Source of the DNA: a virus
IMG/VR virus record: IMGVR_UViG_3300016471_000863
Strand: one strand, 5' to 3'
DNA: 64,000 bases
A model generated the notes under the pieces. The model searched no databases. It saw only the letters and a list, made by a program, of their open reading frames with translations, and was not told the DNA's origin. Both the position numbers and the translations under genes were made by a program. Each line of letters begins with the position of its first letter. Position 1 is the first letter of the stretch. Below, in pieces: positions 10,138 through 19,274 of this stretch.

Positions 10138-10761
10138 TCAAATTTTTTTCTTAGCAGAAAAAGCTTTTCTTGCATCTTTTGGTCCAACTAAAGATGGACC
10201 AAAAAAATCTATATCCCAATTAATAAATCTTTTTTGCCACCAATCTTTTTCGCGTATATGCCATAAGTGCGAATGATAATCGCAGCCAAAACATTCTGAA
10301 AATGATAGCAATGAACCAGCTTTTGAAACTATATTAATTTGTTCGCAGATTTCAATAACGTCATCATCTTCCAAGTGACTTAAAACGCAAAAGCAATTAA
10401 ATATTGCTGGCTCTGATAAAGATAAATTTTTTATATGATCTTGTGCAAAACCATGCATCCAACGTATTTTATTATTGTCTGGATATATTTGCTTTCCTAT
10501 TTTTATAGCCGCTAATGATGGTTCTATTGCATAAACAGAATGCATTGTTTGAGACATTAAATTGGCTACCCAGCCGGTTCCACATCCTATATCTACTCCA
10601 ATTCCAATATTGGGATTTTCATCAAGCAACTTTCCCAAAGGAGAATCTTCGTTATATTGAACATTATTTAATGTATTATTTAAATGACATTGTTTTTCAT
10701 ATTCATATTTTCCATCTGAAATGTATTCAGAGTTATGTTGTAGATAGCTTGCACGACTCAT
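10138..10761 (-). CDS. Class I SAM-dependent methyltransferase
   Basis: VDIGCGTGW, AIEPS, VLSHL. Confidence 0.85.
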   Translation of the reverse strand: MSRASYLQHNSEYISDGKYEYEKQCHLNNTLNNVQYNEDSPLGKLLDENPNIGIGVDIGCGTGWVANLMSQTMHSVYAIEPSLAAIKIGKQIYPDNNKIRWMHGFAQDHIKNLSLSEPAIFNCFCVLSHLEDDDVIEICEQINIVSKAGSLLSFSECFGCDYHSHLWHIREKDWWQKRFINWDIDFFGPSLVGPKDARKAFSAKKKI

Positions 10762-10777
10762 TTCGATATCCTTTGCT

Positions 10778-11089
10778 TTACAGAAAACGTTTTCTAAATT
10801 CAGCTACATTAATAGCTTTATCATCAATCAATAAATCAAAATGTGGTTTTTTGTTAGTGATAAGTTCATGATATAATAATCCCCAAGAATTTAATTGTTT
10901 AGAAGTAAATTCCGTCCAATCTTTACCAGAAACACTTCCTCTTGCAGTAAAAATTTTTATGTAATGACCTTCATTGTAAAGGTCATTAATTTTTTCTATC
11001 ATTTCTTTATAAGGAACCGCTTCTTCGTAAGCACTATTCTTAACTGAGGTGCAAATTGTTCCATCTATATCAAAAGCATATATAGTCAT
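10778..11089 (-). CDS. Small HAD-family phosphatase (capsule-biosynthesis phosphatase type)
   Basis: FDIDGTIC, FTARG, KP-x-x-DLLIDDKA. Confidence 0.87.
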   Translation of the reverse strand: MTIYAFDIDGTICTSVKNSAYEEAVPYKEMIEKINDLYNEGHYIKIFTARGSVSGKDWTEFTSKQLNSWGLLYHELITNKKPHFDLLIDDKAINVAEFRKRFL

Positions 11090-11092
11090 AAA

Positions 11093-11590
11093 TCACAAGA
11101 TGGAATGTAGATAAATTTGATGAACACATTCAACGATTCCATAGTCAGAACTATTAACCCACATATCAAATAATTTATATTTAGAGTTTAATGTTTTTAA
11201 TTTATTGTTTTCTTGAAATCCAGTTAAAGAAATAAAATTTATTTTTTGTTCTGAGCAGAAACGTGCAGCATTTAGCATGTTTATAGAATTGCCACTCGAT
11301 GAAATTATTATTACTAAAGTTTTATCATCTGCAAATTGTTTTAAAAATTCAGTATTTGCATTTTCCATTCCAAAATCATTTATATAACAAGTAAGTCTAG
11401 ATGGATCTGAAAATGTAAAAGATTTTTTTCCTAATTTTTTTGAATAATCTTGAGAAATATGTGAAGCAACAGCTTGACTTCCCCCATTTCCTAGAATTAT
11501 AATTTGGCTGTAACTTTCTACAGCTTCTTTTAATGGCGCTGTTTTTTCATATGCTAAATTTATTTCTTCTATTAATTTTTCTTTATTCAT
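11093..11590 (-). CDS. gmhA: SIS-domain phosphoheptose isomerase (GmhA-like)
   Basis: GNGGS, NDFG, ISSSGNS, LTG, E-x-x-H. Confidence 0.8.
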   Translation of the reverse strand: MNKEKLIEEINLAYEKTAPLKEAVESYSQIIILGNGGSQAVASHISQDYSKKLGKKSFTFSDPSRLTCYINDFGMENANTEFLKQFADDKTLVIIISSSGNSINMLNAARFCSEQKINFISLTGFQENNKLKTLNSKYKLFDMWVNSSDYGIVECVHQIYLHSIL

Positions 11591-12570
11591 ATTTTATTTC
11601 CAATTACTCCACTTTCATTTACGTGAATCGAAATTAAATTTCCAAAATAATTTTTATTTTTTTCATTTTTAACGATATTAATAAAATTTTGAGTTTTTTC
11701 TTTGTTTACAAAAATTAAAAAATAGCCTCCGCCGCCAGCACCACATAATTTTATTGTCTGTATAACGTTGTCATTTAATAATGACATTAAAAAATCATCA
11801 ATTTTTTTTAATTCAAAAAAATCTGCTATCAAAGAAGATGTTTTTTTCTTTTGTTCCCAGGAGTCATTCAATAACTTTTCAAATAAAAAATAGTTTTTAT
11901 CTTCAATTGCCTTTTCTGTTTCTTCTACTAATTTTAAAAGTGGATAACTTTTATCTACATTTACACTTTTTAATATTTCTGTTGAGTTTCTCTTAATGTT
12001 CGTATGCAAAAGAAATAAATCATATTTTCTATAAATAAATTGATTATCAAAATATGTAAAAGAAGGTCTTTTATTTTTAACAAAAGAAATCTTTTTAAAT
12101 CCTCCAATGGCACACCCATAAGAATCTTGATATCCAGTTAATGGATTAAAAATTCTTTCTAGTTCTAGAGATATTTTAGATATTTCAAAATCTGATAAAG
12201 CCAAACCTTTATAAACACTCACTGCTTTTACACATGCGATTGTATATGCAGAACTACTAGCCAAACCAGAACCTTCCGAAAGAATATCTGTATTGAAAGA
12301 AATGGTAATCGGGTCTTTTATGTCAAAAAATTCTAAAACTACTCTCGCAATATCATTTTTAATTTCTTGAACAAATTTTACTTCTTCTTTTTTAGAATAA
12401 TTTATAATAAATTTATCAGTATGATTATCGTGAATAGAAATGTAACAAAATAAATCAGAAGGAAAACTGATTACTGATCCTGTATTATATTTTTGTATAA
12501 ATGCATCTAAGTCTGTAGATCCTCCCACTAAAGAAATTCTTAACGGACATTTAGCTACAATCATTGTCAT
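11587..12570 (-). CDS. hddA: GHMP kinase, heptose 7-phosphate 1-kinase (HddA)-like
   Basis: PLRISLVGGSTD, GSGLASSS, GYQD, KLCGAGGGG. Confidence 0.85.
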   Translation of the reverse strand: MTMIVAKCPLRISLVGGSTDLDAFIQKYNTGSVISFPSDLFCYISIHDNHTDKFIINYSKKEEVKFVQEIKNDIARVVLEFFDIKDPITISFNTDILSEGSGLASSSAYTIACVKAVSVYKGLALSDFEISKISLELERIFNPLTGYQDSYGCAIGGFKKISFVKNKRPSFTYFDNQFIYRKYDLFLLHTNIKRNSTEILKSVNVDKSYPLLKLVEETEKAIEDKNYFLFEKLLNDSWEQKKKTSSLIADFFELKKIDDFLMSLLNDNVIQTIKLCGAGGGGYFLIFVNKEKTQNFINIVKNEKNKNYFGNLISIHVNESGVIGNKI

Positions 12571-13460
12571 AAAATAATTTCTTTCCCAAAATTTTTACGA
12601 TATTCATCTTTTAAAAGATTTAAATGCCAAATATCTAAATTTTTGAAAAACCCAGGTCCACATTCTTCAAAATAATTCATAATTCTTTGAAGTCGCCAAT
12701 CTTTTTTTAAAGAAAACATATCAGGCATTATATAATCTTTATACCATTCTTCTGGTGCCAAATTTACATATACATCCGAACTATCTAGGGTTATCGAATA
12801 TTGTTGATTTATTGCATTTTCTGCGCCAGGACGCTTTATTAATTCTGCACAACGCAAATAACATTGTTTTATTTGAAAATTGGTCCAATCTGAAAACTGA
12901 TAATGCATTATTGCACCAAATTTAGGATTCAATCTTAATAACGTTTGTTCATTGTTGATGCCAGGTGTTCTGCCGACATGTAGCCATTTATAATCATAAT
13001 AAATTTTCTTATCATCACATACAATAAAATCTTTAAAATTGTTACTCCAAACGCTGTTATCATTTCTGTAATGATGAATTGATTTCCACATAGCTAACCA
13101 TTGCATGGTTAATTTTTGTCCTGGTTTTAAACTTTCTAAAATTTTTTTTGCATTTTTTGAAAATTGTGCTGTAATAGCTTCGTCAGCATCTATGCAAATG
13201 AAATGAGTACCACCAGCTTCTCTTCCTAGAGAAAGAAGTTTTTCTCTAATATGATGTTCGCTCCATCCTAAATTTGTTATTTTTTCATTGTCATAAACTT
13301 TGCATCCAAAAGAAATTGCTATTTCTTTACTTTTGTCACTCGAAGCGTCATCAATACAGATAACTTCATCGCAGACATTTTTTAAACTGGATAAACAAGT
13401 TGGAAGTATCCATTCTTCATTTTTAAAAGGAATTAGAGCAATTAATTTCATGTTTCTCAA
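12567..13460 (-). CDS. Glycosyltransferase family 2-like
   Basis: KNEE, IDDASSD, IDADE (DxD), MHY. Confidence 0.85.
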   Translation of the reverse strand: MRNMKLIALIPFKNEEWILPTCLSSLKNVCDEVICIDDASSDKSKEIAISFGCKVYDNEKITNLGWSEHHIREKLLSLGREAGGTHFICIDADEAITAQFSKNAKKILESLKPGQKLTMQWLAMWKSIHHYRNDNSVWSNNFKDFIVCDDKKIYYDYKWLHVGRTPGINNEQTLLRLNPKFGAIMHYQFSDWTNFQIKQCYLRCAELIKRPGAENAINQQYSITLDSSDVYVNLAPEEWYKDYIMPDMFSLKKDWRLQRIMNYFEECGPGFFKNLDIWHLNLLKDEYRKNFGKEIIL

Positions 13461-13466
13461 TATATG

Positions 13467-14303
13467 TTATATGTTATTTTTTATAAATTCATTATAATTT
13501 GGAACAAATTTTTCTATAGGCTCCCAATTGCCATCAATCAAAATTTCATTTATTTTATAATTTTTAGTCTTTTCTAGCCAAGCTTTCTCTATCTTATCAT
13601 AAATTCCATATCTTAATTCTATGACAGTTCGTTCAGTTGGCTGCTTGCCGTCACCATTAGTTGAAGCTCCTTTACCTTCATTAAGATAATAACCTAAAAC
13701 TCCTGGCGTGCATAGTATGTTTGAATTATGTATTCCCATTCTTACTGCTAGATCAAAATCTGCTCCACTTTTTAATTGCTCATCAAATAAACCAGATTTT
13801 TCAATCAATGTTTTTCTAAACATAAAAAATGGTCCCAAGACCATTCCTCTTGTAAATTCTTTGTGACCTGGATAATAAATTGAATGATCAATTAACTGAC
13901 CATTTTTTGAACCAAAGTTTTTAACTATTATAAAATTACCGTTTGCAATATCACATGATGAATTCAATTCCAATAATTTAACTTGTTTTTCTATGCTATC
14001 TGGAGTTCTAAGATCATCAACATTCCAAATTGTTAGAAATCTTCCAGATGCTTCTTTGATGCATCTATTCATTGATGTTCCTATTGGCTCAACAGGATTA
14101 ACTACAATGTGCTTTAATCTATTAGGGTATTTTTCTTGAAAATCTTTTACCCAAATTAATTCTTCTTCGGTTGGTTCATTGTGATCCAATACAACTTCAA
14201 GATGATTAAAAAATGTTTGTTTTGGTAATTCTTCTAAAAAAAGTTTCAGATATTTTTGCATTCTAAAACATGGAGTTATTGTTGATGCTACTATATTAGT
14301 CAT
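13467..14303 (-). CDS. Glycosyltransferase family 2
   Basis: ITPCF, NRCIKEASG, NVDD, GLFDE, ADFDL. Confidence 0.85.
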   Translation of the reverse strand: MTNIVASTITPCFRMQKYLKLFLEELPKQTFFNHLEVVLDHNEPTEEELIWVKDFQEKYPNRLKHIVVNPVEPIGTSMNRCIKEASGRFLTIWNVDDLRTPDSIEKQVKLLELNSSCDIANGNFIIVKNFGSKNGQLIDHSIYYPGHKEFTRGMVLGPFFMFRKTLIEKSGLFDEQLKSGADFDLAVRMGIHNSNILCTPGVLGYYLNEGKGASTNGDGKQPTERTVIELRYGIYDKIEKAWLEKTKNYKINEILIDGNWEPIEKFVPNYNEFIKNNI

Positions 14304-14983
14304 AACCCATCTTTCATTTCATCGGAAACAAAAATAGTATTAATTTCATCGACATAGAATTGAAAATAACCATTGTTTGTAATATAGTTCCTCAACTCTT
14401 TGCACGAATTTGTAAAATTAGAAAATTTTTCAAAACTAGGATGCTGGTCTTCTATTTCAACTATCATTACTTTTGGTTTCCAGATATTTAAGTCAAACGA
14501 CTTAAACACTTCATATTCAAATCCTTCAACATCTACAACAAGTAAATCGAAGTTTACAGGAACTTGAGATTTTTGCAAAACCTTTTCCAATGGCATTTGT
14601 TTGACTTTAAAAGTTTTACCTTGGTGGTGCCCTTTTGCCCAATCAATTTGCTCATACATCTCAACTTGTTCTTTTTTCAAAGTTGTTAAACTATGACCAT
14701 AATATATGTCAACTATTTTTTCCTCTGGACCTATTGCGACATTTGCAACTAAAACTTTATTTTTAGAATGCCTATTGGCACATGCAGTTGCCAATTCTTT
14801 TATTGGCTCTATATACAATCCATTCCAACCGCAATCTGCTAAACCAGAAGTATTAGAAAAACTCTCTCCATCGTAAGCGCCTACTTCAACAAAATGGCCA
14901 TCTAATTTATTTGGTCCAAATAATTTTTCATATATATTAGACAAATTTTTTATTTGACAAGATTTTGATAGACTATAACTCAT
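14300..14983 (-). CDS. FkbM-family methyltransferase
   Basis: FVEVGAYDG, SNT, GWNGLYIEP, DLLVVDVEGFE. Confidence 0.9.
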   Translation of the reverse strand: MSYSLSKSCQIKNLSNIYEKLFGPNKLDGHFVEVGAYDGESFSNTSGLADCGWNGLYIEPIKELATACANRHSKNKVLVANVAIGPEEKIVDIYYGHSLTTLKKEQVEMYEQIDWAKGHHQGKTFKVKQMPLEKVLQKSQVPVNFDLLVVDVEGFEYEVFKSFDLNIWKPKVMIVEIEDQHPSFEKFSNFTNSCKELRNYITNNGYFQFYVDEINTIFVSDEMKDGL

Positions 14984-14992
14984 TTATATTTC

Positions 14993-15844
14993 TCACTTGA
15001 ATAGATTATAATAATTCCTTGCTGATATTTCTAAGGAATGATTTTTAGTTATATAATCTCTTGGAGAATATATTTTTTTATTTACGGAATTTAAAAAATC
15101 TTCAAATTTTTTTAAATCTACATTTTCAACTATTTCGCCACATTTTTCATTAAAATATGGAACACTTGTTGCTGGCACCGTTTCATAAGCACCATCGTAA
15201 TTCCAAGTAGACTTGTTAAACACAAAGCATGGTAGATTTGTAGATAATATCTCCATGTAGCCAATTCCTTGTGATTCTGTATTGGTGAGTAATATACCAA
15301 AATTTGCCCAACTACAGGTTTCAAGTAACTGTTCCTCTGTATAAGAACCATATTGTAATTCTCTATATTCTATATTATATTTTTTTAAGATTTTTCTTAC
15401 AACATGTAAATCTTGTTGAGAACGATTTTTAAAATAAAGAAGACATTTCAAGTTATCTTCATTTCTACTTTCTACTTTCCATTTTTCTGTATCGATTCCT
15501 ACAGACCAAATATCAATTTGTGCGTGATCAAGTTCTGAGAATCTTCGATATAAATCGAAGACCCATTTTGATGGCACATTAAAATGTTTGAAATATTTTG
15601 AAAATTTTTTATTTTCTCTAGGTAAAACAAATAAATTCGGACCTACTAAAGAGTTTGCACTGCATCTTTCCCATCCATTTATTAACTGTAATATACCAAT
15701 GTGAGAATCTATTCGTTGTGATAGTAAACTTTCATTTCCAAAAACAATATTATTTTTTTGAAGACCTAATTTTAGATTTTTTACAACTTTTCCTGGTCCT
15801 CTGTAGTTCTCGTTGTCGTACAATAATACTATAGGTTTTTCCAT
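14993..15844 (-). CDS. Glycosyltransferase, GT-B-like
   Basis: GPGKVVKN, VPSKWV, GIDT, ESQGIGYMEILSTNLPCFV. Confidence 0.75.
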   Translation of the reverse strand: MEKPIVLLYDNENYRGPGKVVKNLKLGLQKNNIVFGNESLLSQRIDSHIGILQLINGWERCSANSLVGPNLFVLPRENKKFSKYFKHFNVPSKWVFDLYRRFSELDHAQIDIWSVGIDTEKWKVESRNEDNLKCLLYFKNRSQQDLHVVRKILKKYNIEYRELQYGSYTEEQLLETCSWANFGILLTNTESQGIGYMEILSTNLPCFVFNKSTWNYDGAYETVPATSVPYFNEKCGEIVENVDLKKFEDFLNSVNKKIYSPRDYITKNHSLEISARNYYNLFK

Positions 15845-15845
15845 T

Positions 15846-16490
15846 TTATTTTCTCAAGTACAAGGCATCTCCCCAATTATATTGAGTGTTTACAGTAATA
15901 ATTCTTTCAAACCCAAAAACTTTAAGATATTCATCAATTTCATTTACTAAAGGAACATTTTTATATAAATGCTCAAAATTAACTTCTGTATAAATGCATT
16001 TGATAGATTCTAATCTTAATAAATCTTTAAATCCTTTCAGTACTTTTAATTCAGCACCTTGTACATCAAGATTAATAAAATCAAATTTTTGAATTTCAAA
16101 TTTTTGTTTATTTGCATGGTAAAATGAATTAAATGAAATAGTTTTTAATTTTTTAGTTTCAACAACTTTAATATGAGGATAATGTTTTTCTACAGTTCCA
16201 AGCTCTAAAATAGAGCTTGCTTGTGGATCATTTGTTATATGAAACTCAACATCTTCATTGTCGTTATCAGATAAAACTTGACAAAAATATTCCTGATTAA
16301 CATTTGAATATCTGTTTGTATTATCAAAAAGATTTTTCATTAATGTCTTATTAGCCTCAAACCAAACAACAGCTTTAACGTTTGCCTCTGCATAATCTTT
16401 TATCTCTTCACCATGATGAGCACCAATATGAATTACTCCGTTTATTGGGTTACCATATGTTTGAAGACATTTTTTAAAACTTATTAACAT
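15846..16490 (-). CDS. FkbM-family methyltransferase
   Basis: IHIGAHHGEE, WFEAN, SSIL, DFINLDVQGAELKVL, YTEV, WGDALY. Confidence 0.9.
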   Translation of the reverse strand: MLISFKKCLQTYGNPINGVIHIGAHHGEEIKDYAEANVKAVVWFEANKTLMKNLFDNTNRYSNVNQEYFCQVLSDNDNEDVEFHITNDPQASSILELGTVEKHYPHIKVVETKKLKTISFNSFYHANKQKFEIQKFDFINLDVQGAELKVLKGFKDLLRLESIKCIYTEVNFEHLYKNVPLVNEIDEYLKVFGFERIITVNTQYNWGDALYLRK

Positions 16491-16499
16491 GATACTTAA

Positions 16500-17045
16500 T
16501 CAAAGCTTTATATAAAAAGCTTCTCCCCAGGTTTCATGACTTGCTCTTGTTAACGATCTTACAAAGCCATAACTTGATAAAAAATCGTCCATTTCTTTTG
16601 TACCACGAATCTTAGTATAAATTGCTTTAAAAGCCGAATGTCTTGGATCAGATAGATATTGTCCAAAACCTTCTAAAACATTTAATTCATTACCAAATTC
16701 AACTTCATTGATTATTAAATCGTAATTTTCTAATTCTACTAATGCAAGATTCTTCTTGTAGAAAGAATCAAATCTCATGCTTGTACCACTTCTGTCAATA
16801 TTCGAAAATATATCACAAACATAATGTTGCTTTGCCGGTAAAAATTTTGTCGAATTATATAAATCTGCCATCCTCATCTTTTCAGATTCCATCCAAAGGA
16901 TATTGGAAATACCAGATTCAACTAATAACGTACCATTAGTTCCTAAATTTTTGCCAAAATAAATGGCACCTTTTAATTTATCATTTCTTTTTTCTTGATA
17001 CGTTTTTATACATTCTTTTATTGGAATTAACATTTCATTCTCCAA
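16500..17045 (-). CDS. Degenerate FkbM-like paralog of the adjacent methyltransferase
   Basis: Colinear with 15846-16490 (MLIPIKECIKTY vs MLISFKKCLQTY; ELNVLEGF vs ELKVLKGF; WGEAFY vs WGDALY) but SAM-binding motifs altered. Confidence 0.7.
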   Translation of the reverse strand: MENEMLIPIKECIKTYQEKRNDKLKGAIYFGKNLGTNGTLLVESGISNILWMESEKMRMADLYNSTKFLPAKQHYVCDIFSNIDRSGTSMRFDSFYKKNLALVELENYDLIINEVEFGNELNVLEGFGQYLSDPRHSAFKAIYTKIRGTKEMDDFLSSYGFVRSLTRASHETWGEAFYIKL

Positions 17046-17853
17046 TCCACTTTAAGGGAAGCTCAACATGAACAGTATTATTAGAATAATTGATTATGTG
17101 TTCATAAGATAATCTTTTACCAGAAAGAAAATTGTTATTTAATTCTTCTGCGCTTAATATGTTGCCATGTCGATTGGCATATACATCCTGTACTATATTT
17201 GCAGGTATATTTAACAATTTACTCCCTTTTGCATAGCATGACATATATTGTTTCGTGCGATCTGCCGTTGCCGCAAGACCAGCTTCTAATTGATTTGGAT
17301 TTTTAAAATTAATTTGATTTATTTTTTCAAATATAAAATCTGTTCTATAAATGTTTCCATCAACAGACATTGGATAATTCCAATCACCAGCAGCCGCCGT
17401 CCAATTCCAAATGCATCCCTTTACAAATTTTGGTATTGAATTTGGATTATTTGTAGCATAGCAGTGATCAATGCCATTCCAAAGTCTCAAGGAATGCGCT
17501 ATAATCTCATTGTTGTTCTTAACAAACTGTATTTCATTGTCATTTAATGACCATTCCGATTTAAAAACAATATCATCAACCAAAAACATGGTCAACTTGT
17601 TATTAATATTTAAACTCTTAATTAAAGACTGTTTAAATGAACCATATAAATTATCTGAAATAAATTCTACAGAATTCATATTCTCTTGCTGGCTAGACAA
17701 TTGAAGATAACTTTTTTGAAATAATTCATTGCTAAAATTATAGCATACATTAATTTTTAACGAATCTGATTCTCTGAGAGAAGATTTAAAACTTCTTAAA
17801 AGTAAATCTAATTGAGCAGCTCTATCTTTTGAAAATATAATAATATTAAGCAT
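17035..17853 (-). CDS. Putative glycosyltransferase (GT-A-like)
   Basis: IIIFSKDRAAQL, FLVDD, YPMSVDG; island context. Confidence 0.65.
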   Translation of the reverse strand: MLNIIIFSKDRAAQLDLLLRSFKSSLRESDSLKINVCYNFSNELFQKSYLQLSSQQENMNSVEFISDNLYGSFKQSLIKSLNINNKLTMFLVDDIVFKSEWSLNDNEIQFVKNNNEIIAHSLRLWNGIDHCYATNNPNSIPKFVKGCIWNWTAAAGDWNYPMSVDGNIYRTDFIFEKINQINFKNPNQLEAGLAATADRTKQYMSCYAKGSKLLNIPANIVQDVYANRHGNILSAEELNNNFLSGKRLSYEHIINYSNNTVHVELPLKWIGE

Positions 17854-17868
17854 TTGTCAAATTCCGTT

Positions 17869-18603
17869 TCATAAATTTTCTAGCCATGCTGGATTTGTAG
17901 AGGTATTTCTCCTATAGAAATATAAGGATTCCATTACTATGGAAGTTTTTTGCAGCAATAAAGTCATTTTGGTGTTGAAGTCACTGTCTTCTGCACGCTG
18001 ACATCTTAATCCCATGTTGCCTGGTAAAAATTTCATACCATTTTCCCAAAGTTGTTTATAAAACAAACATGATGCACCATGAGCTTCAAAATTTGGTCCA
18101 ACATAATAATGATTAATCCCCGATGTTTTAAACCCAAGATGTACAAATTTTGTAACAGTTGAATGATCCATCACTTTTGGATTTAAATTTTTATTTACAC
18201 TTTTATATTTTTGAATATCATCTTCTGAGTAACAATGAAAAAAGCCACACAAATTATGATAGCTTTTCATTCCTTGCATAACTTCATATTGAAGTTCTAA
18301 TCTGTATTGGCTGCAAGCGTCATCTGCGTCCTGGAGGGTAATAAGCTCTCCAGTTGCTTTTTCAATCGCCGTATTTAAAGCAAACCACTTTCCTCTATTC
18401 TTTTCTAAAAAGATAGTTTTTAATGGAAATCTTAAGTTTTCTTTTTGCAAAGATAAAATCTTTTCTTTACTGTCATCCGTAGAACAATCATCTATAACAA
18501 TCAATTCTATATTTTCATATGATTGTTTTTGAATTGAATCAATTGCAGTTTCAATATATTGAGAATGATTATAATTTGTTACAATAACAGATATTTTCTT
18601 CAT
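17869..18603 (-). CDS. Glycosyltransferase family 2 (start revised to 18603)
   Basis: MKKISVIVTNYN, IDDCSTD, QDADD, AEDSD; ATG overlaps the upstream TGA (ATGA coupling). Confidence 0.9.
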   Translation of the reverse strand: MKKISVIVTNYNHSQYIETAIDSIQKQSYENIELIVIDDCSTDDSKEKILSLQKENLRFPLKTIFLEKNRGKWFALNTAIEKATGELITLQDADDACSQYRLELQYEVMQGMKSYHNLCGFFHCYSEDDIQKYKSVNKNLNPKVMDHSTVTKFVHLGFKTSGINHYYVGPNFEAHGASCLFYKQLWENGMKFLPGNMGLRCQRAEDSDFNTKMTLLLQKTSIVMESLYFYRRNTSTNPAWLENL

Positions 18604-19274
18604 TTGGGTTTGCTCACAACAGCCGCATAATATCCATTCCACCAGCCCGCAATATCGTGATCTGTATTGTTTGGTGTTTTCATTACCCATTCTTTATGAA
18701 TGGATAAATTCAAGTCTCGGAAAGCTTCTCTGGTTCCAACTTCAACATCATCTGTCCAATTCCAGTCATCGCATAAATAAACAAAATCATCTTCTACAAA
18801 ATCTATAAATTTTGTCAAAGCCTCATAGTGATGTTGTTTTTTGTGAGGACCATCATACAAACATATTGGAAACCGTCCATATTCCTCAATGTGTAAGTCT
18901 TCAGAAGTAATTTCAAAACAATTTTTTTCTAAAAACTTTATTGGAAGATTGTCTATATCAATGTATTTTTGAACATTTGATAAGAATTCATATTTAGGTC
19001 CAGTAAATTCAGACCAATTATCGCAAGCAACAGAATATTCGTTTACTTTACTGCCATTTAATGCAGAGCAAAATGTAGATCCTGCCCAAACTCCAATTTC
19101 TAAATATCTACCACCTATTCCTTGAACAAGATTGTTTAAAAAATGCCTAGTTTTTGTACCAGAAAATCCCTTTATTCTTGTAAGTTCTGGGTTTAATAAC
19201 GACTTATATTGTTCGGCATTTTCTAAAGATTTATCAATTATATTTAACCAATTATTAATTTTATCAGATCTCAT
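18600..19274 (-). CDS. Class I SAM-dependent methyltransferase (Methyltransf_24-like)
   Basis: YLEIGVWAGST, LYDGPH, CDDW. Confidence 0.85.
   Translation of the reverse strand: MRSDKINNWLNIIDKSLENAEQYKSLLNPELTRIKGFSGTKTRHFLNNLVQGIGGRYLEIGVWAGSTFCSALNGSKVNEYSVACDNWSEFTGPKYEFLSNVQKYIDIDNLPIKFLEKNCFEITSEDLHIEEYGRFPICLYDGPHKKQHHYEALTKFIDFVEDDFVYLCDDWNWTDDVEVGTREAFRDLNLSIHKEWVMKTPNNTDHDIAGWWNGYYAAVVSKPK

Noticed and set aside
18604-18690. N-terminal extensions in the ORF track (also 23351-23395, 35147-35206, 40982-41029)
   Set aside because: They overlap neighbouring genes; downstream ATGs fit domain starts, SD sites or stop-start coupling better
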